From Bilabrum cf. latius (Eukaryota), in the NCBI GenBank assembly GCA_965178125.1, contig OZ237770.1, forward strand, positions 62,001 through 126,000: a stretch of DNA of 64,000 nt. The letters run 5' to 3'. Shown here in pieces: positions 12,701-24,960 of this stretch. Below the pieces are notes generated by a model. That model saw nothing but the letters and a program-made list of their open reading frames with translations, had not been told where the DNA came from and made no database searches. The translations under genes were made by a program, and so were the position numbers. Within the stretch, counting starts at the first letter, position 1; each line of letters starts with the position of its first letter.

Positions 12701-14678
12701 GCTTGCGCCAGCACTACTAGTGCCAGGTGTGGCCGATTCGGCCGCAGGCTCTTTGCCCTCGCCAGCCCGCGATCCTCCATTCTCGGGGTCATCCCCATCA
12801 CCAGCAACAGGGGTTTCATCTGCAGGCGCACTGTCACTCGGTACTGGCTCGCCATTCGACCCCTCTCCAGTGCCCAGCACGGCCACCCCGGTGTCCGCAC
12901 CACCATGCAGTGCACCCTCAGATCCCGCCATCTGGGCCAGCGCCTGCGCCCCTGCGGCCCTCTGCAGCGCCTCTGCTGCCGTGATCCGGACCACGTGCCT
13001 CTTCTCTAGCCGCTGCAGCAGGTCCGGATCAGGGGCTTTGGTTTCGTAGCAAGCCCTTTCAATGGAAGCCACAACGGACCAGGGAGTGGCCGCGCGCAGC
13101 CGGATCGCCTCTTGGAGCACCTCCTCGAGGTCCTCTTCTGTCCGTATGGCCAGCCGACTCACAATCTGCGGGAGCTCCGCGAAGATCATGTCCATCCCGC
13201 CGCTGCTGGCGCTGGCCCGTGTGGGCCTCGTGCTCATGATTTGGTCCCGCCGGGAGAGGAGCAAACCAAGCGACATGAAGTGGAGGATGGAGGGGCCAAG
13301 GGCGTAATCCACCGGTGGATTCGAGGCACCACCAGCAGCCGGCGAATCGTCGGCCTTGGTGCCTGAACCGTGCGATGCACCAGCACCACCGTGCGGTGCG
13401 CCCATCCCCGCCGTCCTCGGCCTCCTCCCCGCGAAGAACAAAAAGTCCCACGCGCGGAGCACCAGCGGCAGAGGGGTCCCCCTCGCGAGTAGGGTCAGCA
13501 GCCAGGGAGTGGCATACAGCTCGGGCGGGACACCGTACTGGTCCAAAGCGAGGCACAGCCCCGGGTCATGATACTGGATCAGCAGTCGCAAGTGCCTCAG
13601 TGCGCACTGCAGCCCCACAAACCCGACGTCCTCGCCGTACGCCTGTGGCTGGAATCGCATAATGACACGCTACAACATCTGGTATATGACCCCATCCGAG
13701 AGTGTGACCGGATCCGCGCCCGTCCCAGCCCCCGCGACTCCTGCTGCTGCCCCATCTGCCGCAGCGCCCGCCGGTGCCCCTGCCCCTGTCCCTGTCCCTG
13801 TCCCTGCCCCAGCTGCTGCTGATCCCGATCCCGACAGTGAGGCGCCCCCACTTCCACTGCCGCTAGTGTCCCCCGCATCGCCGGCACCCTGCGGGGCCGT
13901 GCTTATGATCCGATCCTCTGCTTCTGCTCCCCCACCCCCGTGCCCATCGTCGCCCTCGATGTACGGGTCCTGCACCCCCGGCGACTTGTAGGATTCCAGC
14001 TCCGAGTCCAGCCGGGCGCGCTGGGCCAGGGTGAGGTCGGGGTGCTGCAGGGTCATGAGCGGGGCCAGGCACTCGTTCATGCCCTGCTTGTAGGAAGTGC
14101 CGTGCACCTTGCAGTAGAAAGTGAGCAGCCTCGCAACCCGACGGCGGATGCCCGGGCGTCTGAACAGCACCAGGCCGGCGCGCGTCTGCATGGGATGAAA
14201 AGATAAGCTAAGTGCACGAAGACTAAAATGCAATGGAATACGCGGCATTGATCATGGTCCAGAGTTGCGGGCATTGCAAGGACCGCATAAGCTGAATGCA
14301 TTTTCTCACACGAATAGTGTCGACGCGAACTACCCTCTGGTTCGGCAAGTCAAGCTCTGTATCGTGTATTGCTTCGCTCATATGGCCCGCGACGTCGGCA
14401 GGTATAGAGGAGCCCTGTTTCGGTGAATGGGATCGAACGCGAACGCCAAGCAAGACGCCCCAGATCTAAGCTCGAAGCTCAGGCGGGACCCACGGAATCA
14501 GCGCAGATTTAGATTTTCCCATGCAAGCGCCAGCAGACTGCTGCTCCCTTTGCTTGATTTCCGCCAGACGTAGCAGCAACCCTTGGATTTCTTCCGTTTG
14601 TGAAGTCCCCCCATCTTCTGCACCAAGGATGACTCGCAGCTGCTAAACTACATCAGAGAACTAGCCATCATAATCCAT
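9704..14678 (-). CDS. TBC (Rab-GAP) plus rhodanese-like domain protein, TBC1D23-like; intron 14186-14309; 3' end uncertain (TAA 9704 overlaps a possible donor site)
   Basis: Motifs VPPELRA*IWGVLLG, spliced VDTIR|TR, YKQGMNECLAP, LRLLIQYHDPGL, YATPWLLTL, LLLDCRP and LLQRGF*RVSVVAGGF. Nine in-frame TAGs. Confidence 0.85.
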
Positions 14679-14853
14679 GTAGGGAATTCAATCCACAGAG
14701 ACCCTCTTAAATTTTATGGTTGCGGTGTAGGGGACGCTAGATGTGCGATTTGTCGAGAGATTCTAAGTGCATTGCACGGTCTTGCCAATCGAAAAGTGGA
14801 CCTACGCGAGCGATCGAGCAAAGTTTGGCACGATCAGGGGCACATCCTATGCT

Positions 14854-16652
14854 TCAACGGCCCTTGCCACCAATCCCAGTACCGGCACTTCCTGTTTGAC
14901 CCCCACCCATGCCTGACTGTGATCCCGCAGCAGGCCGCCTGTCTGCTGAACCACCTCCTCTTTGCGAGGACCCTGCACTCATCACACCTAACGATTGGGC
15001 TCCGGAGGGACTGGCCCGGGGAACAGCCGCCGGCGGGGGTGTCCCCGCGACCATTCCTGCCGCGCCGGCCTGGCCTCTCGCAGCCGCTCCCGCACCCCAG
15101 CCCGTCGCGGTAGTACCTGATCGCCGTTCATTGTCGCGTGTGACGAGTGCGTCTGATCGCCCCACCGACGACGACGACGACGACGACGAAGTCGACGATG
15201 AGGACGAAGCAGCCTGACCAGATGCACTCGTCACACCTCGCTTGGCCTGCGCCTGCGTCGCTGCCGCGATAGCCAGCGCCTCTTCCTCCTCTTCGTATCC
15301 CCCTAGCTGCAGCTGGATCAGCTTGCTGGCCGGTTGCAACCGCCAGTACCGCACCCCTGCCAGATCGAACATCCGCCTGCTCGCCTTCATCGCGGTCGTG
15401 TGCCTGTACTTGTCCGAGAGGAAGATGACCTCTCTGATGCCGCTCTGGATGATCAGCTTGGCGCAGTCGTTGCAGGGGAACAAGGCGACGTACATGCGGC
15501 ACCCGCCCAGCCCGCTGGTGTTCCGGTTAAGGATCGCGTTCACCTCGGCGTGCACCACGTAAGGGTACTTGGTGTCTAGTGGATCCCCGCTGGGGGCTGT
15601 CCTGGCCCACGGGAGCTGGTCGTCGCTGCATCCCCTTGGGAAGCCGTTGTACCCGATGCCCACGATCTTGTTGGACGCGTCCACGATGCATGCACCCACC
15701 TGAGTGTTGGGGTCCTTGGAGCGCTGTGCCGACAAAAAGGCCACGCCCATGAAGTAGTCGTGCCAGGACAGGTATTCGGAGCGTTTGCGGGCGCGATCGG
15801 ACGAGGACGAGGACGAGGAAGAGGAGGAGGACGAGGACGAGGCAACGGCTGCGGAACCAGCTTGCGGAATGTGCGGCGCCGCGGCACTGCCCCATTCTCC
15901 TGCACCGGCACCGCCTGTCATCCCTGCCGCCAGCCCCTGGGCCCCAACCTGCATGGCAGCGGCTGTCATCCCTGCCGCCAGCCCCTGGGCCCCAACCTGC
16001 ATGGCACCGCCTGTCATCCCTGCCGCCAGCCCCTGGGCCCCAACCTGCATGGCAGCGGCTGGCGCTCCGGATGCCTTGGCATGGAGGATGGCAGAGGGCA
16101 GGGCAGCGGCAGCTCCCTGCCCCTGTGCAGTGCTGGCTGCGGTGCTCCCCAGACCAACACCCCATGACTGCTAGGCTGCTTGAACTCTATCCTCGTCGGA
16201 GATCATCCGCGCGGCGCCGGTTCCGCTGCCGTGCTGGTGCATCTCGCTCCTGCCGTCGGATCCGCTGCTGTTTGTGCGAGGCGTCGCGGGCGCCAGTGGC
16301 GATTCTGCGTCCGCCAAGGAAGTAAGCTGCCTCATTATCTCTCCTCGAGATCCTGTGGTGATTAATTTGTGCCAGTAGTTGTTGTCAACGTTACTTTTTA
16401 CAGTTGTCTGGGCGCTGCTGCGAAGATCCGCCCCATCTTACCTGCGCTTTCGACGGATGCTAATACTGTGCTCTCAGCGGGCATAGCACCAGAAACATCG
16501 TACAGCGATTGATTTTCTCTGCTTGTTCCGGAAGCTGATTGTTCCGATGAACTAGTCAAGTTCATCTGCGTCTCTGAAATCCTACTTCGTTTTGAAGCAG
16601 GAGGCTCACCGCCCCCTTTTTCACGTGATCGCTTAGAATGCCTTGCGGGCAT
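14854..16652 (-). CDS. DCTD: dCMP deaminase with low-complexity extensions; intron 16353-16441
   Basis: [48 protein letters not shown] and [16 protein letters not shown]. The GTAAG..CAG intron restores the frame. One TAG at 16171; stop TGA. Confidence 0.93.
15915..16060 (-). repeat. 48-bp coding tandem repeat x3 ([16 protein letters not shown])
   Basis: Units spaced 48 bp apart. Confidence 0.9.
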
Positions 16653-17827
16653 ACTGGTTCGTATGTATTTCTACTCAGACACTTCGTCCGCTAAGTGATA
16701 AATACTGCAACAATCAAATCTTGCCCTAAAACACCATTTGAAGAAGAAGATAGTCGCCGGTTAGCGATGACCCCGGGCCGTTTATGTGGAACGGCGTGGT
16801 GAAATGTGCGTAGTATCTATGGGGGTGTGAGCTGGAGGTCGATGACGTCAATATGCTCTTGGTACTTGCTACGCACAGGTCGAGCCGTAGTGCCCACCAG
16901 CACCTTGCATGTCTTGGGCCCACGTGGCAGTTGCAACGTGCCCTTACACAATAGTCAGTCTAATGTGGTTACTCTGGGTGGCTCCGCAGTGGTCGGGTTG
17001 GCTTGTGGTACGCGCATGGTGGGCCAGACGCACGGTGGGACCACACAGTGACTGCCACAGGCTGAGGCTGTATCCTGAGGGCTGCACTGGCAGCAACACC
17101 GATGCGGTACTCAAGAATAGCAAATTGTATTCGCATTAGCACAGCGATAAATGTATGTCGGGATTTGCAATGATCATCATCATCATCATCAAAGTTGGTC
17201 CGATCATGGATTCGGAGTCAAATGTGAAGATCACGTCGCCAGCGCGCTCCAGACGTTTGGGTGAAACTGGCCGTTGGAGACCTGCTGGGACTCCGGATCT
17301 CTTTCTTTCAGCCCCGAATCAAGTCTTTAGGGATTCATAGGTTGTTTGCCGTCCTATATTACCGATGATGGATGGCAGCTCGAGAGCGAGTGCCTTTGCG
17401 AGCTCGTGAGTCGGACAGGGCAGCTCCTCGGGCTGCCTTGGTGCATGTATAGCCCAAATGCAGAATAAATCTCCATTACGTGTATGCTTTACAATCACCT
17501 TTAAGTTTGCGTTTGCCTTGCAGGAGATCTGAGAGGTTTGCGTCCTGGCGCCGATGCGCTCGAGCGCTGCACGAGCAATTGACCACCGCTGCTGCCAATA
17601 CGAGAGGTGATGGGCATCTACCGCAGTGTGCCAGTCAGCCGTTGCATTGTATTTCTTCTCGTTGGGGGTGTCTGGTTTCGTTGTGGCCCAGTAGCGAAGA
17701 GCCAATGTCTCTCGAGTAGGCATGTGCAGCCGACCGGAAGCTCCTCGGTGATGCTCGAGCCGTTCTTTCTTCATTACCAGTGTACGCATTCTTACTGCTT
17801 GCGTGTATGAGAGGCCCAGGTGGCAGA

Positions 17828-20800
17828 ATGCCCCGAAAGGTTTTGTCGATTTTGAAAGGTGATGCCGACGACGACCCAGCGAGGCCAAGCATTGCCAAGA
17901 AGACAAGGCCAGTTGGGTTCAAGCACAGCAAGACCGAGAAGACGAGAAAGGGCTCTCGAAAATCCACGAAAAAATCAAAGAAGCAGCCTAGCCCGAGTGG
18001 CATGACGCCTTCAATCGCGAAGAGGCTGCAGGCATTTGGGGCCGCAGCTGGCGAGTCCGCCAGTGAGGGCGCCGAAGCAGAGGTTGCTGCCAGATCATCG
18101 CAAAGGTCAACTCGTTTTATTGGCGTTCTCGCGTGCGAAAAAGGCCGACAATCATAGTGCCGTGCCGAGGACAGCGTGGCCGGAATCAGTCTGTTGCTCA
18201 GACACACATCGCACGTGATGGCAGCAGTGGCCCTCGATTGCGCCAGAGGGATCCTCAACGCGGGAGCTGGACGGGTGTTTAACTTTAGTAGCGAGATATT
18301 AGCGGTAATGATCGCGTGTTTCTTCACTGGGAAGGGTGTTCCGACTCCAATTCAGGCCATGCTCGGCTTGCACAACGACGATCTGGTGCTGCAGCAAGTG
18401 CCTGACCTAGGACAAGTGCTGGCAGACTTAGATGCTATTGACAGAGGTGTGTAGCCCCCAAGCGCGCTCAGTATGCGCAGCATCCGAGAAATGAAGAAAC
18501 AACTTGCAGGAGCTTCTGGAGAAAGCGCAAGCAGGTCGACAAGGGCGCGAGAGCTTCGAAAGAAACGGCCGGGCTCTGGCGTAGTGGAGCAGGGCCCCGG
18601 CAATCCAAAAATGAACGCAGTCGCGGCTGCTGTAGCTGCAGCCGAGGCAGCCATGAAGGGAATGGCTAAGGGCACCGCAACAGAGCAAGCAGACAGAGGC
18701 GCCGCCCATACCCGAGCACCTGCTCGAGCTGGACAGGCTCCAAGGTAGCACGGTATCTCGCCTTCGGAGGCGCCTGAATCGCCTCCTGCTGAACTGAAAG
18801 AGGCGGGTTTAGCGAATATCCGGACAGGTCGTGCGCCAGACCGGGCTGCGAGCAGCGCGCAAGGCACGTCTAGTCGCAGCCGTGCCATGGAGAGCGATGC
18901 AGCGCCCTTGTCTGCGGCAACTGCAAGCGCCGCCGAAGAACGCAAGCAGCGCGGTATGCGCACAAAACGACGGCGAGGTAGAAAAGTGCGCGAATCGGTC
19001 GATCAGCTCGAGCATTCACCAGCAGGCACAACCGACGGGAAAGCAGGCGCGAAGCAGCGCCGTCAGAAGTCGAGTAGATCTCGGCGAGGCGTCAGTGGCG
19101 CCAACTCGGCCGAATTGAGCGCAAGCGAAATACCGGATGGACGGAAGAAGAGATCAAAGTCAAGACGTCGGCATGGGACGGATGGAGTGCGGTCGTCAAG
19201 CCGCAGAGCAGACAAGGCTTCCCGGAGCAAATCGGGCTCGAACGAGGCCTCAGCGCAAGCTGCCAGTGGAGACATGATGGGACACGGAGTCACTTCTGAG
19301 GTTTTGCAGGACATACAATCTGCTATGGGCGCCCACTCGCACAGGCTGGATGGGTTTGGCGGGGGCGAGGCCGATGGGGGCAGGTTCCGCTCCGGCAGCG
19401 CCGGGTCGCTCATCTCTGCAAATGAAGAGGCACAGCTCCTCCTCGGCGTCGCGAGGCCGCAGCCTAAGGGAACGGGTCGCCATGGGTCCATTGCTATCGC
19501 TGGATTGCAGGATTTAGATCCCTCTGTCGAGCTCGCTGCCATGGAGGAGGCGGTGGGATTCTCGCAGGAAGGTGAATCGGACCAGCCATCGTCAGGGCGA
19601 GGGCGATCACAACCAAAGGCCGCAAACTGGGCTGCCACTGGGGTCAGCGGCCACGGCCGTCAAGACAGCTTCAGCTATGCCGGCGGCATCGAAACTGCGT
19701 TGGCACGCAGGGGTGGCGCACCTGGCATGTTTGTCGAGCTTGAGGCGAGCAGCAGGCCGCTTGCCACACGCGGGTCACCACCACTACCGCCACCGCCACC
19801 GCCACGGCCCGATGTTGATTCTGGCATGCGGCATCTGGACTTGCAGCCTGCCGGTGGGCAGGAGCTTGGCTTTCTCCAGGGGGCCGGTTCCATCTCAAGC
19901 GCTCCTGCCCCGGGCTCCATTGGGGGCAGCAGCGGCGGCGACTCTGCTCTGGATGAACGGCTCCTTGCCTCGAGGGGATCTGTGGCGCTGAGCCAAGGCC
20001 TTGCCTCGAGGGGATCTGTGGCGCTGAGCCAAGGCCTTGCCTCGAGGCCGCAGCCAGAGCCGCTGACGAGGCCCGTTATGCTGAAGAGAGGAGTCCTCGG
20101 GGGATCAAGGCAGTCGATACTGTCTATCCGCTCCTACTTGAGCGGCGGCGGAGCGAGCGCAATCAGCCAACCAAGTGCGACAGGGAGTGGTGTCAAGAGC
20201 GGGCGGGGAAGGCCTAGGGGCAGGGGCAGGGCAGGCTGGGCGTTGATCGACGACGAGCTCGGTGGAATGGGAGCAATGCACGATGATGACCTCGGCGAGG
20301 CCGGGAGCCAGCAGGGTGACAGCAGCGGGTCTGTGGTTTCGGGTCTGACCACAGGTATAGGGTCTGTGGCGGGTTCTGCAGATGGTTCCGCTGTCGCGGC
20401 GGGGGACGACATTGCAAGCAGCGGCACCATGAACCGCAGTTGGGTGCAAGGTCGTTCCATGCAAGCGATGTCCTTCAAGGATGCGGCAAACCATGGGCCA
20501 AGAGAAGAAGCAGGTGGCGGTCCAGTCACTGGCGGGGAGCTAGCCGGAGGCTCCTTGGGGACGGCGGTGTCATCTGCGGTGCAAAGATTCGACGCAGCTT
20601 CGGTATCCGGAGCCGAAATAAACTCGGACCAGTCCGTCGCCTCATCTTCGTCTACAATCGGCACCGGTGCATCGAGGTCTACTCCCGGATCCTCCGCAGC
20701 CGGCTCCAGCTCCAGCTCCAGCTCCAGCTCCAGCTCCAGCTCCAGCTCCAGCTCCAGCTCAAACCCTAGCCAACTGAGCGGCTCTCAACCTCGCTCCATT

Positions 20801-21892
20801 GCCTCTTCATCGTCCTCGTCATCGTCCTCGAGAGCGGCCGTGTCTGCTCCGACAACGGCAGCCGGTGGCAGCCACAGTCACAGTCACAGTGGCGGGCCGA
20901 CTATGACCTCCAGCTCCAGCTCGGCTTCGTCGGCTGCAGGTTCTAGGCCCGGACTGGCCTCCTCTGAGGCGTTTTCCGGGCCTGATCGAACGAACGGATC
21001 AAACAGCAACGAAGCTGAGGGAACAAGGCAGGGCTGCCGCGGCAGGGGGACACGTGCGGCGCAACTTGCCGGTGCAGCTGCCGGTGCCGCCGCCGCTGCC
21101 ACACCGCCACCTGCTCTAGCACGACAACCACTGGAACTTGATTCGGCCGTTCCGGGCCGTCCTGCACCCATCCAATCGAATGGGACTCGGAGCCAGAAAG
21201 AGGGCGGTGAGGACCGTACGAATCCGCAGCAGACACGCGGCGAGGTGCCCGAGCGAATGGGACCCCCCAGCAGCACAATCCCGGACTTCCCCCGGGCGGC
21301 CACCAGCCGCGTCAAATCTGGAACTAGCGTCATGACGCGGACATCACGGAGACCCTCTGTCGGCTTGGGCTCATCTCTGACTTCAGCTTCTTCGTCGTCG
21401 TCTAGTTCTGCTTCATCGTCGTCTTCGTTTGGCGGGGGCATCAACCGGCCGCCTCAGATGCTGGGTGCCATTGGGCGAAGCGACACCATGATCGTCTAGT
21501 CGTCGCGGCAGTCGCGCCGCAATGCGATGTACCCCAGGATGATGGGCCGGATGGGGACCGGGCTTCTCGGCAGGAAGCGGAGCCTCTTGGGGGGCTAGAT
21601 GAACCTGGGCCTCCTTGGGGGGCGGCTCGGTGCCGGTGCAGGTGCAGGCGCATCGGGTGGAGGTGCTGCAGGGCTGTCAGCGGAGGAGCGGTGGAAGCAG
21701 TCGATGCAGTTCGGGGGTGGGCTGGTTTCCATGCCCGCGCCAGGGGCGGCGGCCTCAGGAGGCAAGTCAGGGGATGGCACTGGCAGGGGTGGCGGCAGCA
21801 TTGCTGGGGGCACTGGTGACGGAGCTGGTTTCCACGGAGGCACGGTGCCACCGGAGGGCCCAGGGAAGGTGAAGAGGCGACGAACAGAATAA
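17828..21892 (+). CDS. Large Ser/Gly-rich hypothetical protein (about 1,350 aa; alternative ATG 17807)
   Basis: Five same-frame track ORFs are joined by TAGs at 18155, 18452, 18746, 21497 and 21596. Ends at TAA. Confidence 0.8.
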
Positions 21893-22077
21893 TTATTGTG
21901 TGATTGTGAGACTGATCATCGAACTGACTGCAATTGATACGGAGTAGACCAGATCGCCGGCGCAATCGTGCAATGAATCCGTTGGGCGAACGGACACGAC
22001 ATGATGATTGCACTTTTGTGGACCTCGTATCTCGCAATACACGTGATAGGGGACACAATTCAACTTTAAATTATATC

Positions 22078-24045
22078 ATGAGCAGCTAGGATGGGCGATC
22101 CAAGGCTGGGGCCGGACAGGGAGCAGGAGGAGGAGACACCTTGAGCGATCAAGTAACCAGTTTGCAAAGTGACCTAGAGAGGCGTCAGGCAGCTTACATT
22201 CGCAGAGAGCGGGAGTACCGTAGCCGAATTGAACAGCTTGAGCGCGAGCTGATGCGCGCAAAGGGGCAGAAGCCCCCAGATGATGATGTAGAGGTGCACC
22301 GCTCGAAGCTCCGCGGTCTTCACAGTGAGTCAAAAGCATAGTGTGATCTCGTGGTCCTTGCATATGAAGGAAACCGAATTGTGTATCAGCGTTGCTTGCC
22401 TTTCTTTCACTTACTTGTTACCGCAGCGAACATCATGTCATCGATTGAGCACGTCCAGGAGCAGACGCAACGAATCCTCCAGGAGCAGGAGCGCGACCTC
22501 TTGCGCGCATTTCGAGCGAAGCTGTTCGATGTGCAGACTGAACTAGAGCGAGCCAATGCTCGGGCCGCCAGCGGTGCCGAAGAGTGGGTCGAGAAGAGCA
22601 AAAAGCTAGAAAAGGAGCTCGAGTGGGCGAGGGAGACCGCCGACCGCCTCGACCGCCAGAACCAGGGGCTACAATCTGAAAATACCAAGCTGCGAGCGCA
22701 GTTCAAGACGCAAGAAGACGACAGAGAGTACCTGATCAGGCAGCTGGTGGCCGCGAAGAAGGACAACGCTCGCCTGAGGCAGGACCTGGCTGCCGCGCAA
22801 GACGAGATTGCCACGCTGCGAAAAGACCTCGACGAACGCGCGGACGAGGCCGCCCGAGCCATGGCCGGGGGAGCGTTCGGCGGAAGCTAGGCTGGCGGGT
22901 TGCTCGGTGGATCCGGACGGCCAGGCAGCTCCAAGCCGAGCCCTCGCGCTGGCGCCGCGCAGATCTAGAGCAGCGGAACCGCCGCCAGCGGAACCGGGAT
23001 GGGCGCCGCGGACGAGCAGCGCTACAAGGAGGTTGTTCTCCGCCTCAAGCGCCTCCTGGAGCGCGAGAAATCCGCCGCCCGGGTAGCGCGGCAGGCGCTG
23101 GCGCAGGAGATGCAGAACCGCACCGAGGTAGAGAAGCTGTTCCGGTCCTGCGTGGGGGAGGTGCAGCGCGACCTAAGCCAGCGCAAGCAGAGGGTCATGC
23201 AGCTGCCCGAGGCTGCCGCGACGGCGGGAGGCCAGCAGCAGCAGCATCATCAGGAGGAGGAGGGCAAGACCGGAAGTGGGACCGACGGCGGTGGGCTGCT
23301 GAGTCCCACCATGCACAGCAACCTGGTACCCATCGACGCGTTCGGGCCAGCAGACCGCCAGGAGATCATGAGGCGGCTGCTGCGGCAGGAGGCTGTTCTT
23401 CGTCATATTGAGGCAGTGGCGTTCCCTTCCGTGGGGGAACAATAGCAGGGGCAGGGGCAGGGGCAGGGGCCCACAGGAGGAGTCTTCGGCTCGGTGCTGC
23501 CGTCGCCCTCGCCCATGGGCAGGAGCGCCAGCGGGTTTGGCCAGCTTGGTTCCGCTGCTGGCGCCGCGAGCCCCCAGCAGTTTGGTGGCTCCGGGGCTGG
23601 GATGGTTGCTCCCGGCGCGGGAGGCCACGGCGCCGGTGGGTCGGGGCCTCTCCTCGGGAACCCGGGGGCTGGCGGTGGCGCCGCACTCTCGAAGAGCAGG
23701 TTCCTGGTGGGCGATGGGGACGGGTTCCAGAGCGGTGTGACGAGTGCTGCCGGTCGCACGGGCGGGTCTGGTCGATTCGGGTTAGCTGGCGGTGGTCGCA
23801 AGAGCGGCGCTGGGAATGGGGCTGGATCTGGGGAACAAAACGGTGGAGGGGGTGCATGGAGCCTGCCGCGGGCCCGGCGTCCCGGGGCGGGCAGTGGCGT
23901 GGTGCATGGCAGCACGGGGGGCAGCAGCAGCGTTGCTGGAGCAGGGACACCTGGCGTTGGGGAGGGTGGGCTGAATCTGGGCGTGGTGGGTGCTGGCAGG
24001 TTGGGCGCGGCTGGGCAGCGGGCTATGGGAGGTGGGCGGTCGTGA
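22078..24045 (+). CDS. Coiled-coil protein, possibly basal-body/flagellar BBOF1-like; intron 22325-22426
   Basis: Heptad-rich E/Q/K/R/L sequence with RTEVEKLFRSCVGEV and a Gly-rich tail. Phase-1 GTGAG..GCAG intron. TAGs at 22087, 22888, 22966 and 23443; stop TGA. The family assignment is tentative. Confidence 0.8.
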
Positions 24046-24960
24046 GGCTTGGGGGCACACCATGAGGTGAAGAGCGCGGTAGGCAGGCAGGTAGGCAGGC
24101 AGGCAGGCAGCTGAGCATGCATCCACGCGCTAGCTGTGAAAGAAGGTCCCGTGCTGCTGCGCCATCTTCCAGCAACCAGTTGCATGGAGGCGGTCTGGCC
24201 TCGTGGGCTGCGTAATGGCTGTAGCCAGTCAACGGCAGTCCACATGGCGATGGGCATGTCCATCGACGTGGCAATCTGCCCAGCGGCATGCGGTTTGCCT
24301 GATTTGTAGCCCCCCTGCCGGCACATCAGCAGTGCACGCCGCATCCATGGATGCGCGCGTACTCGGATAATAGGGAGGGTCCACGGCCCAGAGGTGGCTC
24401 TGTTCGTGCCACGGCTGCAAGGCCCTGGCTGGCGAACTTGGTTAGCTTGCGGCTGAGACCTCGGGGCACTGAAGCACTGAAGGGGCCATGGCAGGTTCAC
24501 CCGCTGCAATTACAGAGCTGGGAGTGCGTGCAGCATTCAGGAGTTGATCGGATCTGGTGCGCAGCGAATCCAGGTGGGGCCGCTCCGGTCGATTTGGATA
24601 TGGATAGGTGGGGCCTGCTCACGAGTCGTGAGTAGGCGTGGTAGCCATCAATCCATCCTTTTTTTGGATGCATGCTGCGGCTCGCTGGTTTCGAGTCCCA
24701 ACTTGGGACTCCCATGACTCGTACCCACAAGTCGGATCTGGCTCGTTCCCATGGACAAATTTCGGCTTTACGTAACAACAAGCAATTTTACTGGCATGTC
24801 GGATCCGGATCCTCTGGTGGATCGATCAATACTCTACCAAATTCTAGCGTTACAAATAGTTAAATTGGCATGCTCGCATCGAAATACGAATCAAGTGGCA
24901 TTGAGGGGGGCGATCTACTGGGGATTATATGAATCACCGCGGCCTGATCGCGGCACTACG

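Noticed and set aside
17319-17790. Small minus-strand ORF divergent from the 17828 gene
   Set aside because: No motif or clear gene structure; cannot be supported.
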